In this document: one piece after another, positions 57,779 to 64,000 of the stretch
How the letters are laid out: every line of letters starts with the position of its first letter
Numbering within the stretch: the first letter of the stretch is position 1
NCBI RefSeq assembly: GCF_000143415.4
Contig: NW_003314262.1
Coordinates: 1,477,960-1,541,959 of the forward strand
Source of the DNA: Selaginella moellendorffii
Taxonomy: Eukaryota; Plantae; Lycopodiophyta
Reading direction: 5' to 3'
DNA: 64,000 nucleotides
The notes under the pieces: generated by a model
What the model saw: only the letters and a program-made list of their open reading frames with translations
What the model was told of the DNA's origin: nothing
Databases searched by the model: none
Position numbers and translations under genes: made by a program

Positions 57779-58289
57779 AAATATCAATTTGCAAAGTTGA
57801 GCAAGTGGCACATGTTGGGACCCGAAGGCGCGCCGAAGGTAAGCTAATTAGCATGGGTTGGATAGGTCGACCAGGCATAGGGCACTACGCCCGACTCCCT
57901 GCGGAGATGTCGAATCCGTAGACGTATTCTATGGAGGTTGGGTTCGAGTCCCAACCCCCTAGTAAAGCAAGGCTGGGTTCAAGTCCCGACCCCATACTAG
58001 GGCGTGGTGAGGTTTAGGGTGTAGGAAATTTTTAGAGGAGGAACAACATTTGGTTTTGTTGTGAGCATTGTGAGAAGACATTAATGCTTTTTCCTCCTGC
58101 CAGGAGTCTCTTGAACAATCTGGTGGTTCATATTTCTGGGAATAAGCACGAGAATACTGGCCGAGAAAGAAACATAAGTTGCAAATACTGACAATAAACA
58201 AGGAAACCTCCTTAGCTATTTCACACGAGGTAAGAAATTGCATTCTAGTTTTTGTAAAGTTAATAATATGTGTCATTTAAATTTTTGTA

Positions 58290-61200
58290 GGAAAAAGAGT
58301 CTTGTCAAGCAGTTCTTCTCAAAACTTCATAGCATCTCCAGATGAGTCTTCAAGTAAGTAGCATTTCATATGCTTTACATAGTGTGATTGCTTATATAGT
58401 ATGATTTGTTATATGTTGATAGGAATTGAAAAACTTTGCTTTAGATACTAACAAAATGATTACAAATATGGCTTGAGTTCTGTAAATGTTCATCCTTTTC
58501 TCCAAGATGTAAAAGAAGGAGGTTGTTGGTTCTATGATCCAAACTTCAAAGCAACAGTAGATAGTGTTGTTGTCAACAGAACATTCAAATCAAAATAGTG
58601 TTTGAAAGTGACAAGCAACATTTGTGGATTCAAGAGCAAGTAGTGCAAGTTTTGTATGACAATACCAGCTTGTAGTGACTTCAAAGAATGTGCTTTACGG
58701 GAAAGCAAAGCGACAATACCACGAGGACAAAGATTGAAGAGATGTGGAATGAGACTTGACCACATGACTATAGTTGAGCACATAGATAGCAATAGGCTAG
58801 GCTAGTGCAAGCAAAGAATAGAAGGCTGGCATTGGAACTATCGACCACAAGATGCAAGATAGCAACTCTTTCAATTCATTACTGGAGCTTAAAAGAAACT
58901 TTGAAGGAAAGCACCATTCATAAGGATATCAAAAAATTCATCTCTAACCTCAAACAAGCTTGGCAACAAGGCAAATTCAAGGGCAAGGAGACGGTTCTTT
59001 ATGTGATGTAGGGTTTGCTGCAGGGAATAACTAGGAAAAAACAAGGAATGAGGTATTTTTTTATTTATTCAAAGTTATTTCCTTACACTCTTAACAGGTA
59101 CCATGAAACCACGAAATGGATTTTCTGAGTAACAAAAATATGGGGGGGGGGGGGGGGGGGGAAAAAGCTTAAAAACTTCCTTCCCTTGAACCTTGGATTG
59201 CCAAGTTTGTTGGCCACAAATCCTGGCCTGGGAACAAATTTCAAAAACCTAACAGGGTTGCCAACCGAAAAATTTTTGAACTTTTCTAAGGTTTACCAGT
59301 TCCAAAAGGAAAGTTTACCGCTCAAGCTAGGGAGTGGGCCTGTTTTGATTGCAGAAGATGAACTTGTTATTAAAAGGGTGATTAGATGGATTGCTCATGA
59401 TGATGCTTTGCTTGGGTTTTGTGGAAAGAAGGGGGAGGGTCACAAGTGTGTGAACGGTTTTGTTGTGCAGGTTGGCAATGGAGAAGCGGTTATCAACAGA
59501 TCACTCAGGATTTTCTAGACAATGAGAAAGCTCACTATGCATGAGTGTTGATGGATAATAATCCATTGCATAGACAGTTGCCGTGCTTAGTTCTCTCTAT
59601 TCAGCTTACTTGCAATTGGTTTACAGCTTCAGATGTTCAACAACAATGGAACTTGGTCCATCAAATATGGGGACAACACCTTCACAATGTTGTTGGCCCC
59701 TTGATTGGCCATTCATTGGATGGAGATTAGAGATGGCATAAACTAATGCTTGAAGACATGAGTCTAGGGGATACAATAATAGGAACTTACTCTATACCTT
59801 GGTTAGGGTGGCTATTCTCTGGAAAGTGGAACTCAATAGGGAACCTTTGATACATGATCAAGACTATGTGCATAATGGGAAGAAGTTGATCAATCCATTG
59901 CATAGTGCAATAAGATAATTGTTTCTGGGAGATGAATTTGTGCATTTGAATGAAATTTGGGAAGTTTTCGAAAACTTTCATGGTAAACACAGACTGCAAC
60001 TTGGGGATGTTAGGCACTATAATAGAAAAAATTGGGGTGCTGCTCAGCGACTTTGTAGCAGGCCAATGCAAGTTTGTCTTTTGATTATGTGAGAAACAAC
60101 ATATAAAAGACCTTCACGTATGCTGGGAACTGAAACTTATCTTGCTATGGTGGCAACATATATTGATATCTTTTTGCACCCATACTTGAGCCTTGGAGAG
60201 TGAGTGAGAGCTGCATCAATGGTGTCCTTCTTTTGTTTATGGAGGTTGTGGATTCTGAAGGAAAGCAATTGGAACCTAAAACACAACCTCATTAGCAAGG
60301 AAACCTTTTTGGACATTCAATTACCATGTCACTTTGTCATCCTTCTAATCAGGTATGTTTCATATATATTTTTCTTTTGTTAATTTTTCTTTTGAGATAA
60401 ATATTTCCGGGATCACCATTCACATTTGCCAATCCCATTTAGTAGAACTAGATCTAACTTTTGCGAGAACTTTTTCTCCAAAATAGGAGGAATGATCGGA
60501 AATGGACGGTGTTATGATGGAGCTAACATTGTTCACAATGCGACTAGTATGAACATGCTAGCAAAATGCGAGGCAGCAGGTACATTGCTTTTCTCTAAAG
60601 CTCATTGCAAATAGGAAAATATTTAGGAAAAGATAGAGCATGATGGGAAGAGAGTAGTAGCTGACTTAGGGATTACAGTTCAGTGGAGACAGATGCTCTA
60701 ATAGTTAATGAGCTGATTCAGGGTAAAGCCAAAGCACAAGAACTTCTTCATGGCCTTGGCATATCTGGAAGAGATTTGTGGGATAAACCTAAAGATTTTG
60801 AGGATTTTCACAAGGTTTTAGAAAATTCTGGAGAGCATAAGAGGAACATATAGTATGAGAAGACGCTACTGAAGCAGCAAGTGAACTAAGGCATACTTTT
60901 GATGCTGTTTTGGATCATATTGAAGATTCTGAGTCATTAAAAGTGGAAACAACAATTTTGGTTGATAGGAAGAAAATCTCCAAGTCAACCATTGTTTCTC
61001 AGCTAAATGGAAATCCATTTCTCTCCAAAGACTAGCTCATATGGGTGAAGAATAACTTAACAGTTTTTGAACCAGGAAAAAATCTTAGTGCACAAACAGC
61101 TCTTGGCGTTAGGAGTGATTGTGCCTTGTGGTTTGAAGAACAGGAAGGAAGTAATTTGAAGTTTGTTTGATATATTGGTTGAATTATTTCCATGAGGAAA

Positions 61201-61520
61201 AGTGAACAATACCTGGAAGAACACAAGGGAAGTGATTGAATTAACCAATCTTCTAGTTGATTTTGCTGATTTTCAAATGAGCTTATGCTACTATAGGGAA
61301 TGTGATACTCCTGAAGCTGATGACAAAGGGAATTTATGGTATACATACAACCTTCCTAATAATATACTAGTGGAATTGACAAGTTTGATTGCTTTGGCAT
61401 CATTATCATATCATCCAAAAGTCAAGAGATATTTGCTTCCATAACACAATAGGGAAGTTTTTGATAATTTCATCAAAGATAAAAGCAGGAATATCAATTG
61501 TCGTAGAAGGGTGAAATAAT
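58290..61520 (+). mobile_element. Decayed DDE transposase relic, P-element/THAP9-like
   Basis: Collinear fragments IAEDE, IGHSLDGD, DQDYVHNGKKLINPL, NRKNWGAAQRL, GTETYL, SNFCENFFSKIGG; many stops and frameshifts; termini not found. Confidence 0.55.
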
Positions 61521-61709
61521 TTTTTATTAATGGAAATAATGCAAAAGTAACCAGAATATTCCATGTATATATAAGAATTAGGGTTTTATTTAAGATTTGC
61601 AAAAATGCATATATGTAAGGGTATGGGGCAAATTATGAACAACAAAAAAAGTATACTAGCCCCCCTATTATAAACTTCCAAAATGTAGATGATATATAAT
61701 GCTTATAAA

Positions 61710-62790
61710 GAGTGATTACCCCGAGGTAGTCACCTTTAGCATATTGCAAAGAACATTATCCATCATTTGTTAGAAAATCACTAGGCATTGTTTAAACCAA
61801 ACGGCATTACCAAGAACTCGTACAAACTAAATGGTATATGAAAAGAATATTTTTTTTTGGCCATCAATATTTTCCAGTATCCAGAAGCAAGATTTAACTT
61901 GGTGAACCAACGACTTCTCCCCAGATGATCCAAAAAATCAACAGTGTGAGGAAGAGGGTATACATCTGAGATCATCACTTCATTTAATGAATGATAATTG
62001 ATGCAAAAACAAATACTCCCATCAGACTTTATCACAAGACGAGGTTCACATGCCCAAGGACTCTACGACTTTCGAATAACACCCTTCTCCAACATCTTCT
62101 TAACATTTGTATATAAAATTTTAATATTTTTGGGTGACCGACAACAAACAGGAATCTTGATTGGACGAGCATCCCCAGTTAGAATTGGACGACGTATGGC
62201 AATCTTGGCTCTAGATAATAAGTCAAATTCAAAGAGATCGGCATACTCTTTCATGAGCTAGTCAACTATTGTAACATAAAGACTATCGGAGGGATTAAAA
62301 AAGGGAAGAACAGAACAAAACAGAAATATAAGAGAAAGTAATGTGGACACAAAAGTAATGGAAGGAAAGGTAGAAGTAAAAGGACAAAGAAGTATGAAAG
62401 TGAGAAGAATGGATAAAATATAAAGACGTATGAGATAAGGGGGAGAAGCTGCAAAGTCACACGTGGCATGATTGCGTTGGAACCAATCCATACCAAGGAT
62501 GAGGTTAAAAGTTTGACTTGACACCACCACAATGACTGTAACTCAAGTTTGAGATTGCCCACATGCATAACTAGGTCCACCTTATCTTATGCATATATGC
62601 ATGTATACGGCCGTTGCCATAAAGAATAAAAACTAGCTCTGCCGCATGATATAAATGTAGATGGCAACGTGTAGCAATAGGTCGAGCAATAAAAGATAAA
62701 CTCAAACCTATATCAACCAACATGGAGAGAATAATAGGAAACCTTTTATTATAAAAACAAGCTTGGAAAGTAAATATTAGATGAATTAAG
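61710..62790 (-). mobile_element. Family B fragment (protease to N-terminal RT)
   Basis: [30 protein letters not shown]; matches about 46845-47910 in reverse. Confidence 0.9.
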
Positions 62791-63476
62791 CTCTATTTCG
62801 TTAAAGTGGGATTTATTCAGTAAAATGGGACTAGGTACAAATTTTCAAGTATTTGAAAATGACGTGAAATTATATGTTTTTTGTCCAGGGGCTAGACATA
62901 TCTGGGGCATGGTGACTAGCGCGGTGACTTTGTGTCCAGACTGAGTCCATCTGGTTGTATAATAAATCTCATTGTCAAGGTGAACAAGCCGAATCTGAAG
63001 CTAAAGAAGAGCGATGGCATGCGCGCACACACTATTTGTTTGTTCATTGAGCGTGTGGTGAGCTTTCCAAGATGAACGTCATTCCTATTAGCCAGACATA
63101 TAACTTAATGGTGAGAACATTTAGATATTATTCAATGTTATCTTTTTCTAACGAATCTAATTGTGAAGGTGTAGCAAGAGGCATTGCTAGTCTGGAGAAG
63201 TCATTTAACTCATTTGACCCTTAGTGTATTTTCATGAAACTAAATAACATTCATATTATTAAGGAATTTCTCTAGTACCTTTTTTTTACGACATAGAGGC
63301 TTGCATTTCTTTCAAAGGTGATTTAGTAAAAGGCCTGAGGGCACATGCCATTCTATTTCTCAGACCAGTATTAAGATATACTAGTGCAAAGGGCCACATG
63401 CCATCACGCCTCCTCTGATTCAGATTCGGATTGTTCACCTTGAAATAAAATACATTAGAAACTTAGTAAAGGAATA

Positions 63477-64000
63477 TTAAATCTCACCTTGAACCCGGGT
63501 TATGAATGCTCTTGCTACATCTCTTGCATGGTCTGGCAAGGTGATGGTGGCACTCTGCTTCCGCATCCAACCATGCACAACATTATCCACCGATATGCTC
63601 ATGCTAGGATCCCTTGGATTCAGCACCCATCTCTTTTCTAGGCAATCCTTCGTATATCCGGAACTTGGCTTGAACCACTCCACAGTTACATTGAAGGAGT
63701 TAGTTTCTGCGTCCTCCTCTGCATCAGTGATGCAGCGCCCCACCCATATCATTTGTTTTTTATTACTGGGTCTGACAAGCACGACCATTCCTTTGCAGAC
63801 CTGTACTGGATTGAATGCTGAATCCGGCTTCTTGTTCCTCGGCCCACAATAGTGATCCTCAACATCGTTATCTGTCACTGCATTTCCAGAGGACATTGTT
63901 CCGCTACTATCTGGTGCTCTGGGTTCTGGCCAAAAGGACTCTTCCAATTCTTCATATACAACCGGCCCATTTTGGATAGCAGATATAATCTTCTCCCAGT
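63477..64000 (-). CDS. 3' end of an unidentified gene entering from the right edge (possibly transposon-associated; beta-rich C-terminal domain)
   Basis: 156-aa open frame with protein-like composition (VVLVRP..IWVGRC..VTVEWFKP); family not recognised. Confidence 0.4.
   Translation of the reverse strand, partial: WEKIISAIQNGPVVYEELEESFWPEPRAPDSSGTMSSGNAVTDNDVEDHYCGPRNKKPDSAFNPVQVCKGMVVLVRPSNKKQMIWVGRCITDAEEDAETNSFNVTVEWFKPSSGYTKDCLEKRWVLNPRDPSMSISVDNVVHGWMRKQSATITLPDHARDVARAFITRVQGEI

Noticed and set aside
59142-59161. 20-nt poly-G as a G-quadruplex element
   Set aside because: Pure homopolymer in decayed TE sequence; may be slippage or a low-quality read

Overview
Eukaryotic plant nuclear DNA. 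Very short GT-AG introns (about 45-70 nt), tiny intergenic spacers and PLS-type PPR genes point to a Selaginella-like lycophyte (inference). The window has three parts. (1) 1-2.9 kb: nested Ty3/Gypsy relics. (2) 3-43.6 kb, gene-dense: alpha-COP pseudogene, SPRY protein, BAG co-chaperone, RTEL1, SSADH, two PLS-PPR genes, tRNA-Lys, secreted LRR protein, NFRKB-like, API5, glyoxal-oxidase-like, NUP88, Syntaxin-6_N protein and a Pro-rich/Hedgehog-Hint (Hog) protein. (3) 45.5-64 kb: a nested transposon cluster. Most notable: a secreted (PPGTTP)n Pro-rich peptide fused at a GCF site to a complete Hedgehog-type autoprocessing domain; a chromovirus whose integrase is split by two spliceosomal-type introns; a 195-bp 5S-rRNA-derived (Cassandra-like) solo LTR with a 5-bp TSD inside that chromovirus LTR and sharing its termini; and a glyoxal-oxidase homologue lacking both catalytic tyrosines. 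Gene models and coordinates were read by eye; no database searches were run.
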